Shown here: positions 25,952-38,118 of the stretch, one piece after another
How the letters are laid out: each line of letters starts with the position of its first letter
Position numbering within the stretch: the first letter of the stretch is position 1
DNA from: Nemertoderma westbladi
Taxonomy: Eukaryota > Animalia > Xenacoelomorpha
Reading direction: 5' to 3'
DNA: 43,803 nt
Assembly: GCA_032718475.1 (NCBI GenBank)
Contig: JAUCBJ010006432.1
Span: forward strand, 1-43,803
Position numbers and translations under genes: made by a program
Notes under the pieces: generated by a model
Database searches by the model: none
Told to the model about the DNA's origin: nothing
The model's input: only the letters and a program-made list of their open reading frames with translations

Positions 25952-27737
25952 CAGGACCTATTGTCGCAGGATCTAATGGTCCAGGACCTAATGTCGCAGG
26001 ATCTAATGGTCCAGGACCTAATGTCGCAGGATCTAATGGTCCAGGACCTAATGTCGCAGGATCTAATGGTCCAGGACCTAATGTCGCAGGATCTAATGGT
26101 CCAGGACCTAATGTTGCCGGATCTAATGGTCCAGGACCTAATGTCGCAGGATCTAATGGTTCAGGACCTAATGTCGCAGGATCTAATGGTCCAGGACCTA
26201 ATGTCGCAGGTTCTAATGGTCCATGACCTAATGTCGCAGGATCTAATGGTCCAGGACCTAATGTCGCAGGATCTAATGGTCCAGGACCTAATGTCGCAGG
26301 ATCTAATGGTCCAGGACCTAATGTCGCAGGATCTAATGGTCCAGGACCTAATGTCGCAGGATCTAATGGTCCAGGACCTAATGTCGCAGGATCTAATGGT
26401 CCAGGACCTAATGTTGCCGGATCTAATGGTCCAGGACCTAATGTCGCAGGATCTAATGGTTCAGGACCTAATGTCGCAGGATCTAATGGTCCAGGACCTA
26501 ATGTCGCAGGTTCTAATGGTCCATGACCTAATGTCGCAGGATCTAATGGTCCAGGACCTAATGTCGCAGGATCTAATGGTTCAGGATCAGGACCTAATGT
26601 CGCAGGATCTAATGGTTCAGGACCTAATGTCGCATGATCTAATGGTCCAGGACCTAATGTCGCAGGTTCTAATGGTCCATGACCTAATGTCGCAGGATCT
26701 AATGGTCCAGGACCTAATGTCACAGGATCTAATGGTCCAGGACCTAATGTCGCAGGATCTAATGGTCCAGGACCTAATGTCGCAGGATCTAATGGTCCAG
26801 GACCTAATGTCGCAGGATCTAATGGTCCAGGACCTAATGTCGCAGGTTCTAATGGTCCAGGACCTAATGTCGCTTGATCTAATGGTCCAGGACCTAATGT
26901 CGCAGGATCTAATGGTCCAGGACCTAATGTCGCAGGATCTAATGGTCCAGGACCTAATGTCGCAGGATCTAATGGTCCAGTACCTAATGTCGCAGGATCT
27001 TATGGTCCAGGACCTAATGTCGCAGGGTCTAATGGTCCAGGACCTAATGTCGCTTGATCTAATGGTCCAGGACCTAATATCGCAGGATCTAATGGTCCAG
27101 GACCTAATGTCGCAGGATCTAATGGTCCAGGACCTAATATCGCAGGATCTAATGGTCCAGGACCTAATGTAGAAGGATCTAATGGTCCAGGACCTAATGT
27201 TGCAGGATCTAATGTTCCAGGACCTAATGTCGCAGGATCAAATAGTCCAGGACCTAATGTCGCAGGATCTAATGGTCCAGGACCTAATGTCGCAGGATCT
27301 AATGGTCCAGGACCTAATGTCGCAGAATCAAATGGTCCAGGACCTAATGTCGCAGGATCTAATGGTCCAGGACCTAATGTCGCAGGATCTAATGGTCCAG
27401 GACCTAATGTCGCAGGATCTAATGGTCCAGGACCTAATGTCGCAGGATCTAATGGTCCAGGGCCTAATGTCGCAGGATCTAATGGTCCAGGACCTAATGT
27501 CGCAGGATCTAATGGTCCAGGACCTAATGTCGCAGGATCTAATGGTCCAGAACCTAATGTCGCAGGATCTAATGGTACGGGACCTAATGTCTCAGGATCT
27601 AAAATGGTCCAGGACCTAATGTCGCAGGATATGGTCCAGGACCTAATGTCGCAGGATCTAACGGTCCAGGACCTAATGTCGCAGGATCTAATGGTCCAGG
27701 ACCTAATGTCGCTTGATCTAATGGTCCAGGACCTAAT
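25952..27737. repeat. 30-bp satellite (CAGGACCTAATGTCGCAGGATCTAATGGTC)n, a dimer of related 15-mers, ~59 copies
   Basis: Direct reading; both halves start CAGGA(C/T)CTAATG. Confidence 0.96.
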
Positions 27738-27958
27738 AACGCGTTACCGGTACCCGTAACGTCATTGCGTAGTCAAAACTAGCACTTGCTACTGACAAAA
27801 ATAATGTTATCTAACTAAAAATTATATACTGTAGTGAAGAAATATAAAACTAATGAATATTCAACATTCGTGGATACAGTAACATTCGTGGATACTGTAT
27901 ATTTCATTACTAATGAATAGTTTACAGTTATACAGTAATAGGCGCGAAATATACTGAC

Positions 27959-28219
27959 TTTGAGGGAATTGATGAGGGCTAAGTTGTTTAGAGTTATATC
28001 GTTGTAATAATTCTTGATGTCACTGAACGCTTTCTCGTGGTTCTTCATCAAGGTGTTTATCTGGCTGTTCTTCCTCTCCTCCACCTCGTGGATTTCAGTT
28101 TTCCGTCGGAGATCCAACTCGTCTCTCAACGCTCTCATCTTCTTCTCGTATTTCGCCTCGATCTCCTTGGCTTGGCGTTCGAAATCGGCTCGTAACTGCG
28201 TGACTTCTTCGTCGTGTCC
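27959..28219 (-). CDS. GAS8: GAS8/DRC4 exon 6
   Basis: cctcag acceptor, GTCAGT donor; 261 nt [16 protein letters not shown]...[24 protein letters not shown] (GAS family signature). Confidence 0.96.
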
Positions 28220-28325
28220 CTGAGGAGAGATAAGCGTCAAACTCACAATGTAAGCGCGTCGCCGATTAAGTGACTACTACATATCTACCAAGCGCCATAT
28301 CTACCAATATATTCCAATTACCATA

Positions 28326-28814
28326 CGTATTTCTTCGAATAAGAGCCCCCCCCCCCCCCCTTACCATCAAATTACCAACTTAAACGGCTTCCCCGAATAA
28401 ACCCCCCCGGCGGTTAATAATATTACAATGTGGAGCGGGCCACGATTAGTGACATAATGAGTGATGCTTCTAGAACACAGTTATCATTTCATAAATATAT
28501 AGACTCAAGTTAAATATAGTGTAGGGTGTTGTATCGCGGTAATAGGCTGTATGTGTAATAGAGTTAATCCTGGTACTATTTGAATTATTTCATTTATTCA
28601 ACTTGTTTTCTTGAATTTAACAATTCTTTATTAGGGTATTTAGATTATAAATTCTGACAATCTAGAACATAAACGCCCCCACTCGAACCACACAATTTGG
28701 AATTTGGAATTTAAACTCCTTCCCCGAATAAACGCCTCCTCGAATAAACAAAACACCTCCCCAATTGGCAATTTATAAACTTAAACGCCCAGGCTCTTAA
28801 TCGAGTCAATTCCG
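28326..28814. mobile_element. Degenerate pogo/Tigger-like MITE
   Basis: TA flanks; imperfect TIRs CGTATTTCTTCGAATAAGAGCC ... GGCTCTTAATCGAGTCAATTCCG; internal CCCCGAATAAAC repeats. Confidence 0.55.
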
Positions 28815-28924
28815 TATATTTCCCACCGTCCAATGGTAAAACGTTAATGTGCTAACTTATCGCTTGTTGTATTGAAAATCATTTCCAGACATTTCAACAA
28901 ATTGTGTAAAGAATGGAAAAAATT

Positions 28925-29168
28925 TTTATGCTCATAAGCAAAGGAATGCCTGTTCATCACCATGGGTGTGATCTTTCACAGTAAACACATATCCAGTCTG
29001 CAACTCTTCCAAGTTGATTTGGTCCCATTTATCGAACAGTCAAGGATGAATGTTGGGCTAGGCTGCAGCATTTAAACCACTGCGCCCAAACGGTGCTGCC
29101 CTATCTAAGGATCGACCCGGGGCTTACTGAATGGGAGCCCAGGAATGGCACCACTGTGCCAATGCAGC
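28925..29168 (-). mobile_element. Probable tRNA-derived SINE
   Basis: A-box TGGCACAGTGG (29161-29151) and B-box-like GGGTCGATCC (29118-29109) at tRNA spacing; no clean cloverleaf; 3' end uncertain. Confidence 0.45.
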
Positions 29169-29338
29169 TGCTCCTCACCAAACTGTTTTATGAAAATGTT
29201 TTTAGACATTGCATGGTGTATTACCAGTCCCACCAGTGCAATGCAATGCACTGCACACGTTCTTTGGTTCGTTAGATCCCCGACAAATAAAATACAACCA
29301 CGAGACAAACAATAACTCCTTCATCCGATAAAACTTAC

Positions 29339-29438
29339 CAACTTAATATTCTTTATAATGTCTTCGTTACTGAGTTCCTGTTCTTTAATTTCGTATTTAA
29401 GAGTTCGTTTATCGTCTCTAAGTTCTCCTTCATTCGAC
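29339..29438 (-). CDS. GAS8: GAS8/DRC4 exon 5
   Basis: ttttag acceptor, GTAAGT donor; 100 nt completes the split Arg codon, then SNEGELRDDKRTLKYEIKEQELSNEDIIKNIKL. Confidence 0.92.
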
Positions 29439-29896
29439 CTAAAATTGAAAGAAAATTGTAAAGTAAATAATTTCCTGCAGTATAGAAATTACCTCTTTCC
29501 CGCTTATATTGGTATAAAGTGTCCCAATTACCTAAAACAAAAATTCAACAGAGTACGCGATACACACTCTTTACAGTACCAGAGCTAGTGCTTCAAACTT
29601 CTACCTCCCGAATTGTAAATCCTTCGAATCTGATACCAACATTCTTTTAAATCTGCAGTTAAATCTCAACTCATTATGTGTTTTATAAAAGTAAGTACAA
29701 TTAATAGTCATACAGAAAGTTATTAGTATATTAATAATTCACGGATCTATCGTGTACTGTTGTAATTACATGTACATACGTACATCATAATATACATCGT
29801 TATCGCTGAGACGGGCATTGTCACGCTCTCGGTAAAGTTGTATGGAGTGTAATTACGTTTTATATTCGTTATAGGTTAGCTAATATAAGCCCCACT

Positions 29897-30312
29897 CCAC
29901 CTGTAACAAACCGATGTTCCACCTGTAACTAACCGGTGATCCACCTGAAACTAACCGATGTTCCACCTGTAACTAACCGATGTTCCACCTGTAACTAACC
30001 GATGTTCCACCTGTAACTAACCGATGTTCCACCTGTAACTAACCAATGTTCCACCTGTAACTAACCGGTGATACACCTGTAACTAACCGATGTTCCACCT
30101 GTAACTAACCGATGTTCCACCTGTAACTAACCGATGTTCCACCTGTAACTAACCAATGTTCCACCTGTAACTAACCGATGTTCCACCTGTAACTAACCGG
30201 TGATCCACCTGTAACTAACCGATGTTCCACCAGTAACTAACCGATGTTCCACCTGTAACTAACCGATGTTCCACCTGTAACTAACCGATGTTTCACCTGT
30301 AACTAACCGATG
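29897..30312 (-). repeat. 22-bp tandem repeat spanning the exon 4 donor, ~19 copies
   Basis: Minus-strand unit CATCG|GTTAGTTACAGGTGGAA; first unit overlaps the exon end (GAG CAT CG). Confidence 0.93.
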
Positions 30313-30462
30313 CTCGTCCTGTGCTAGTTTCAGTGTTACAGCCGCCTCCGCTTTCAGCTCCGCAATGTTATTTTGATGCTCATAAAGTAAATGTTTCACT
30401 TTCTGTTTATAAACTTTGATTTCAACCTGATGTCTTTCTTCTGCATCTTCCATTTCCCGATC
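30308..30462 (-). CDS. GAS8: GAS8/DRC4 exon 4
   Basis: ttattag acceptor, CG|GTTAGT phase-2 donor; [51 protein letters not shown](R). Confidence 0.95.
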
Positions 30463-30689
30463 CTAATAAATAATATAAACAAATAAATCTTCTTTAGCTC
30501 TTTAGTTAACAAATGAGGTTTAAACTCTGACCTGCATAGCATACGGTGCAGACTAAAAATATACATCGGTTGCATGTTCGCTTCTCGAGTGTTAGATAAT
30601 GCCATACAGTACCGGTACGCAATTATATTTAAAAATGAAACTTCCTGCTCAGAACGGTACACATACAGTTAAAGTAGCACAACTTAGAA

Positions 30690-33600
30690 CGTCACACATC
30701 CAGTAACCCACCTTGTTCCGTAGTTCGGAACGACACTCATCCAGTAACCCACCTTGTTCCGTAGTTCGGAACGACACTCATCCAGCAACCCACCTTGTTC
30801 CGTAGTTCCGAATGGCTCTCATCCAATTACACATATTGTTCCGTAGTTCGGAACGGCCCACACAGTTACCCACACAGTTCCGTAGTTCGGAACGACACAC
30901 ATCCATTTTTCCATCTTGTTCCGTAGTTCGGAACGGCACGCATCCAGTAACCCATGTTGTTCCGTAGTTCGGAACGACACTCATCCAGTAACCCATGTTG
31001 TTCCGTAGTTCGGAACGGCACTCATCCAGTTTCCCACCTTGTTCCGTAGTTCGGAACGTCACTCATCCAGCAACCCACCTTGTTCCGTAGTTCCGAATGG
31101 CTCTCATCCAGTTACCCACATTGTTCCGTAGTTCGGAACGACACTCATCCAGTTACCCACCTTGTTCCATAGTTCAGAACTGCACTCATCCAGTTACCCA
31201 CATTGTTCCGTAGTTCGGAACGACACTCATCCAGTTACCCACCTTGTTCCATAGTTCAGAACTGCACTCATCCAGTTACCTATGTTGTTCCGTAGTTCGG
31301 AACGGCACTCATCCAGTAAGCCACCTTGTTTCGTAGTTCGGAATGGCTCTCATCCAGTTACCCACATTGTTCCGTAGTTCGGAACGACACTCATCCAGTA
31401 ACCCACCTTGTTTCGTAGTTCGGATCGGCACTCATCCAGCAACCAACCTTGTTCCGTAGTTCGGAACGACACTCATCCAGCAACCCACCATGTTCCGTAG
31501 TTCGGAACGACACTCATCCAGTAACCCACCTTGTTTCGTAGTTCGGAATGGCTCTCATCCAGTTACCCACATTGTTCCGTAGTTCGGAACGACACTCATC
31601 CAGTAACCCACCTTGTTTCGTAGTTCGGATCGGCACTCATCCAGCAACCAACCTTGTTCCGTAGTTCGGAACGACACTCATCCAGTAACCCACCATGTTC
31701 CGTAGTTCGGAACGACACTCATCCAGTAACCCACCTTGTTTCGTAGTTCGGATCGGCACTCATCCAGCAACCAACCTTGTTCCGTAGTTCGGAACGACAC
31801 TCATCCAGTAACCCACCATGTTCCGTAGTTCGGAACGACACTCATCCAGTAACCCACCATGTTCCGTAGTTCGGAACGACACTCATCCAGTAACCCACCT
31901 TGTTTCGTAGTTCGGAATGGTACTCATCCAGTAACCCACCTTGTTCCGTAGTTCGGAACGGCACTCATCCAGTTACCCATCTTGTTCCGTAGTTGGGATC
32001 GGCACTCATCCAGCAACCCACCTTGTTCCGTAGTTCGGAACGACACTCATCCAGTTACCCATCTTGTTCCGTAGTTCGGAACGGCGATCATCCAGTTACC
32101 CACCTTGTTCCGTAGTTCGGAACGGCACTCATCCAGTTACCCATCTTGTTCCGTAGTTCGGAACGGCGATCATCCAGTAACCCACCTTGTTCCGTAGTTC
32201 GGAACGGCACTCATCCAGTTACCCACCGTGTTCCATAGTTCAGAACTGCACTCATCCAGTTACCCACATTGTTCCGTAGTTCGGAACGACACTCATCCAG
32301 TTACCCCGAATATTGTTCCGTAGTTCGGTACCGCACTCATCCAGTAACCCACCATGTTCCGTAGTTCGGAACGACACTCATCCAGTAACCCACCTTGTTC
32401 CGTAGTTCGGTACCGCACTCATCCAGTTACCCATCTTGTTCCGTAGTTCGGATCGGCACTCATCCAACAACCCTCCTTGTTCCGTAGTTCGGAACGACAC
32501 TCATCCAGTTACCCATATTGTTCCGTAGTTCGGATCGGCACTCATCCAGCAACCCACCTTGTTCCGTAGTTCGGAACGACACTCATCCAGTTACCCATCT
32601 TGTTCCGTAGTTCGGAACGACACTCATCCAGTTACCCATCTTGTTCCGTAGTTCGGATCGGCACTCATCCAGTTACCCACCTTGTTCCGTAGTTCGGAAT
32701 GGTACTCATCCAGTAACCCACCTTGTTCCGTAGTTCGGAACGGCACTCATCCAGTTACCCATCTTGTTTCGTTGTTCGGATCGGCACTCATCCAGCAACC
32801 CTCCTTGTTCCGTAGTTCGGATCGGCACTCATCCAACAACCCTCCTTGTTCCGTAGTTCGGAACGACACTCATCCAGTTACCCATCTTGTTCCGTAGTTC
32901 GGATCGGCACTCATCCAGCAACCCTCCTTGTTCCGTAGTTCGGAACGACACTCATCCAGTTACCCCGAATATTGTTCCGTAGTTCGGTACCGCACTCATC
33001 CAGTAACCCACCATGTTCCGTAGTTCGGAACGACACTCATCCAGTAACCCACCTTGTTCCGTAGTTCGGTACCGCACTCATCCAGTTACCCATCTTGTTC
33101 CGTAGTTCGGATCGGCACTCATCCAACAACCCTCCTTGTTCCGTAGTTCGGAACGACACTCATCCAGTTACCCATCTTGTTCCGTAGTTCGGATCGGCAC
33201 TCATCCAGCAACCCTCCTTGTTCCGTAGTTCGGAACGACACTCATCCAGTTACCCATCTTGTTCCGTAGTTCGGAACGGCGATCATCCAGTTACCCACCT
33301 TGTTCCGTAGTTCGGAACGACACTCATCCAGTTACCCACCTTGTTCCGTAGTTCGGAATGGTACTCATCCAGTAACCCACCTTGTTCCGTAGTTCGGAAC
33401 GGCACTCATCCAGTAACCCACCTTGTTCCGTAGTTCGGATCGGCACTCATCCAGCAACCCTCCTTGTTCCGTAGTTCGGAACGACACTCATCCAGTTACC
33501 CATCTTGTTCCGTAGTTCGGATCGGCACTCATCCAGTTACCCACCTTGTTCCGTAGTTCGGAACGACACTCATCCAGTTACCCACCTTGTTCCGTAGTTC

Positions 33601-36600
33601 GGAACGACACTCACCCAGTTACCCATCTTGTTCCGTAGTTCGGAACGGCGATCATCCAGCTACCCACCTTGTTCCGTAGTTCGGAACGACACTCACCCAG
33701 TTACCCATCTTGTTCCGTAGTTCGGAACGGCGATCATCCAGCTACCCACCTTGTTCCGTAGTTCGGAACGACACTCATCCAGTTACCCCGAATATTGTTC
33801 CGTAGTTCGGTACCGCACTCATCCAGTAACCCACCATGTTCCGTAGTTCGGAACGACACTCATCCAGTAACCCACCTTGTTCCGTAGTTCGGTACCGCAC
33901 TCATCCAGTTACCCATCTTGTTCCGTAGTTCGGATCGGCACTCATCCAGCAACCCTCCTTGTTCCGTAGTTCGGAACGACACTCATCCAGTTACCCATAT
34001 TGTTCCGTAGTTCGGATCGGCACTCATCCAGCAACCCACCTTGTTCCGTAGTTCGGAACGACACTCATCCAGTTACCCATCTTGTTCCGTAGTTCGGATC
34101 GGCACTCATCCAGCAACCCTCCTTGTTCCGTAGTTCGGAACGACACTCATCCAGTTACCCATCTTGTTCCGTAGTTCGGATCGGCACTCATCCAGCAACC
34201 CACCTTGTTCCGTAGTTCGGAACGACACTCATCCAGTTACCCATCTTGTTCCGTAGTTCGGAACGGCGATCATCCAGTTACCCACCTTGTTCCGTAGTTC
34301 GGAACGACACTCATCCAGTTACCCACCTTGTTCCGTAGTTCGGAATGGTACTCATCCAGTAACCCACCTTGTTCCGTAGTTCGGAACGGCACTCATCCAG
34401 TTACCCATCTTGTTCCGTAGTTCGGATCGGCACTCATCCAGTAACCCTCCTTGTTCCGTAGTTCGGAACGACACTCATCCAGTTACCCATCTTGTTCCGT
34501 AGTTCGGATCGGCACTCATCCAGCAACCCACCTTGTTCCGTAGTTCGGATCGGCACTCATCCAACAACCCTCCTTGTTCCGTAGTTCGGAACGACACTCA
34601 TCCAGTTACCCATCTTGTTCCGTAGTTCGGATCGGCACTCATCCAGCAACCCTCCTTGTTCCGTAGTTCGGAACGACACTCATCCAGTTACCCCGAATAT
34701 TGTTCCGTAGTTCGGTACCGCACTCATCCAGTAACCCACCATGTTCCGTAGTTCGGAACGACACTCATCCAGTAACCCACCTTGTTCCGTAGTTCGGTAC
34801 CGCACTCATCCAGTTACCCATCTTGTTCCGTAGTTCGGATCGGCACTCATCCAACAACCCTCCTTGTTCCGTAGTTCGGAACGACACTCATCCAGTTACC
34901 CATCTTGTTCCGTAGTTCGGATCGGCACTCATCCAGCAACCCTCCTTGTTCCGTAGTTCGGAACGACACTCATCCAGTTACCCATCTTGTTCCGTAGTTC
35001 GGAACGGCGATCATCCAGTTACCCACCTTGTTCCGTAGTTCGGAACGACACTCATCCAGTTACCCACCTTGTTCCGTAGTTCGGAATGGTACTCATCCAG
35101 TAACCCACCTTGTTCCGTAGTTCGGAACGGCACTCATCCAGTAACCCACCTTGTTCCGTAGTTCGGATCGGCACTCATCCAGCAACCCTCCTTGTTCCGT
35201 AGTTCGGAACGACACTCATCCAGTTACCCATCTTGTTCCGTAGTTCGGATCGGCACTCATCCAGTTACCCACCTTGTTCCGTAGTTCGGAACGACACTCA
35301 TCCAGTTACCCACCTTGTTCCGTAGTTCGGAACGACACTCACCCAGTTACCCATCTTGTTCCGTAGTTCGGAACGGCGATCATCCAGCTACCCACCTTGT
35401 TCCGTAGTTCGGAACGACACTCACCCAGTTACCCATCTTGTTCCGTAGTTCGGAACGGCGATCATCCAGCTACCCACCTTGTTCCGTAGTTCGGAACGAC
35501 ACTCATCCAGTTACCCCGAATATTGTTCCGTAGTTCGGTACCGCACTCATCCAGTAACCCACCATGTTCCGTAGTTCGGAACGACACTCATCCAGTAACC
35601 CACCTTGTTCCGTAGTTCGGTACCGCACTCATCCAGTTACCCATCTTGTTCCGTAGTTCGGATCGGCACTCATCCAGCAACCCTCCTTGTTCCGTAGTTC
35701 GGAACGACACTCATCCAGTTACCCATATTGTTCCGTAGTTCGGATCGGCACTCATCCAGCAACCCACCTTGTTCCGTAGTTCGGAACGACACTCATCCAG
35801 TTACCCATCTTGTTCCGTAGTTCGGATCGGCACTCATCCAGCAACCCTCCTTGTTCCGTAGTTCGGAACGACACTCATCCAGTTACCCATCTTGTTCCGT
35901 AGTTCGGATCGGCACTCATCCAGCAACCCACCTTGTTCCGTAGTTCGGAACGACACTCATCCAGTTACCCATCTTGTTCCGTAGTTCGGAACGGCGATCA
36001 TCCAGTTACCCACCTTGTTCCGTAGTTCGGAACGACACTCATCCAGTTACCCACCTTGTTCCGTAGTTCGGAATGGTACTCATCCAGTAACCCACCTTGT
36101 TCCGTAGTTCGGAACGGCACTCATCCAGTTACCCATCTTGTTCCGTAGTTCGGATCGGCACTCATCCAGTAACCCTCCTTGTTCCGTAGTTCGGAACGAC
36201 ACTCATCCAGTTACCCATCTTGTTCCGTAGTTCGGATCGGCACTCATCCAGCAACCCACCTTGTTCCGTAGTTCGGAACGACACTCATCCAGTTACCCAT
36301 CTTGTTCCGTAGTTCGGACGGCGATCATCCAGTTACCCACCTTGTTCCGTAGTTCGGAACGACACTCATCCAGTTACCCACCTTGTTCCGTAGTTCGGAA
36401 TGGTACTCATCCAGTAACCCACCTTGTTCCGTAGTTCGGAACGGCACTCATCCAGTTACCCACCTTGTTCCGTAGTTCGGAACGGCGATCATCCAGTTAC
36501 CTACCTTGTTCCGTAGTTCGGAACGACACTCATCCAGTTACCCACCTTGTTCCGTAGTTCGGAATGGTACTCATCCAGTTACCCACCTTGTTCCGTAGTT

Positions 36601-36657
36601 CGGAACGGCACTCATCCAGTTACCCACCTTGTTCCGTAGTTCGGAACGACACTCATC
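30690..36657 (-). repeat. 41-bp satellite made of the exon 3 3' end (30 nt) plus donor, ~145 copies
   Basis: Minus-strand unit GATGAGTGTCGTTCCGAACTACGGAACAAG|GTGGGTAACTG; the first 30 nt encode [10 protein letters not shown] of exon 3. Confidence 0.96.
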
Positions 36658-36777
36658 AAGCTGACGTTTCGTTATATCCCAGAAGGTATTGACTTTATCT
36701 CGTTCCAACTGAAAATAATTTCGTTCCTCCCGTTCGCGTTCTAACTCCTCGCGAAGTCTCGCGATATGCTCGATTAA
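36628..36777 (-). CDS. GAS8: GAS8/DRC4 exon 3
   Basis: cag acceptor, AAG|GTGGGT donor; 150 nt = [50 protein letters not shown] with the conserved [11 protein letters not shown] motif. Confidence 0.95.
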
Positions 36778-37044
36778 CTGAAAGGGAAATAAAGTTACAA
36801 TATTTATTTGTCAATTAAGATCCAATTTTAACAGTAACAACCGATTAAGCAGCCTTCGTAATTTCTACCAAATGTCCAAAAACCAATTATTAAGTATTGT
36901 GCAATTGTTTAGTCTACACTATGCCCAGACTGTGACGACTTCATATATTCTATTAATGGCATGTTGGTTGTTGCAAGCGCGAAATCGGGCAAAGGTCCGC
37001 GTCTAATACTTATACTGTTTCCTACCTAAAATACAGTACCAAAA

Positions 37045-37225
37045 AATTCACTAGAAAGTGGGATTGATCTCGGTACCTAGAGATTCCAAGTTCATAGCTC
37101 TACCAACTTCGCCACTGCGTCGTATGAAGCCGCCTAAAACCTAACGGAAATTCGCACCAACAACAAAGCCAACAACAACACCAACAACGGAGTGAATACT
37201 AGAGGTTCCGCTATGCGGACCTAAA
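37045..37225 (-). mobile_element. tRNA-like SINE head next to a hairpin/microsatellite repeat terminus
   Basis: TGGCGAAGTTGG A-box (37114-37103), degenerate B-box GAGATCAATCCC (37071-37060); hairpin AGGTTCCGC-TAT-GCGGACCT at 37203-37222 and CAA repeats. Confidence 0.4.
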
Positions 37226-37857
37226 AATATTTTAACATGCTATGAGTAGCGTTGCTGAGTTATATATTGTAGTATATGGTAGGGAATATCGTCCAAATGG
37301 CGGGGCCCAGAAAACTCACGGATCGTTGTGCTGCTGTTAGTCTATATTGTGAATGAATCAGTGAATACGAGTGATGGTTTCGGTGTTCTTAATAAACAAC
37401 CGATATCAGATAAAGGTCAGATAAAGCTTAGATTTATATCGTTGTCCAACAAAATTTACAAAATATTTCGATCTATTTTTTGAAACTTTCGATCGATTTT
37501 CGATACTTTTCGATTATTACCAATGTAAAATATAAAAAAATTGCAATTATTTATTGGTTAATTAGAAAAATTGTCTTTGTAAAAAAAAGAAAATACTTAA
37601 TATTTTGGAAAATATTTTGAAAATACGAAATAATGAAATCAATATTTATTGATTTATATAAAGGCGTTGAAGATTCTTGCCGCCAAAGACTGCAGGGAGT
37701 TTTATTCAATATCGAACATTTAGTGAAATTTAATTTGGTACAGGCCAAATAGGCATTATAACTAACCATAGTGCGAAAATTGGGGGAAACGTTGATGATG
37801 CTTTTCGAAGCCCATGTAATTGAAAAATTTACAAGCCATACAGAAAGGAGCAGGTTA

Positions 37858-38118
37858 CAGTAGCATGTAATTCTAAACAAAACACTAAACGGGGGGTATA
37901 TTACAGTCACATAATAACTATTTCCAGGAAAAGATTCAGCGCGGGTGAATGTTGCTGCATACGTAATTCTAAACAAAACACTAAACTGTTGATGCGTCCC
38001 GCATCAACATTCGCCCGCGTTCAATCTTTTCCCGAAAAATAATTTAAACTTCATTAAGTTATTATGTGACTGTAATATAACTCCCGTTTAGTGTTTTGTT
38101 TAGAATTACATGCTACTG
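37858..38118. mobile_element. Tc1/mariner-type foldback MITE (261 bp)
   Basis: TA on both sides; TIR CAGTAGCATGTAATTCTAAACAAAACACTAAACGGG with its reverse complement ending at 38118; arms extend about 100 bp. Confidence 0.85.

Noticed and set aside
25932-27619. Collagen/mucin-like ORFs (GPGPLDPATL)n and (MSQDLMVQDL)n
   Set aside because: 30-bp satellite open on both strands; no Gly-X-Y register, no unique domains, broken by indels and stops.
29100-29170. Functional tRNA gene (also near 37045-37120)
   Set aside because: A/B boxes present but no convincing acceptor stem or cloverleaf; treated as SINE heads.
30690-36657. CRISPR-like array (palindromic core with variable linkers)
   Set aside because: Linkers are variants of one sequence, not unique spacers; the unit derives from GAS8 exon 3; spliced eukaryotic locus with no cas genes.
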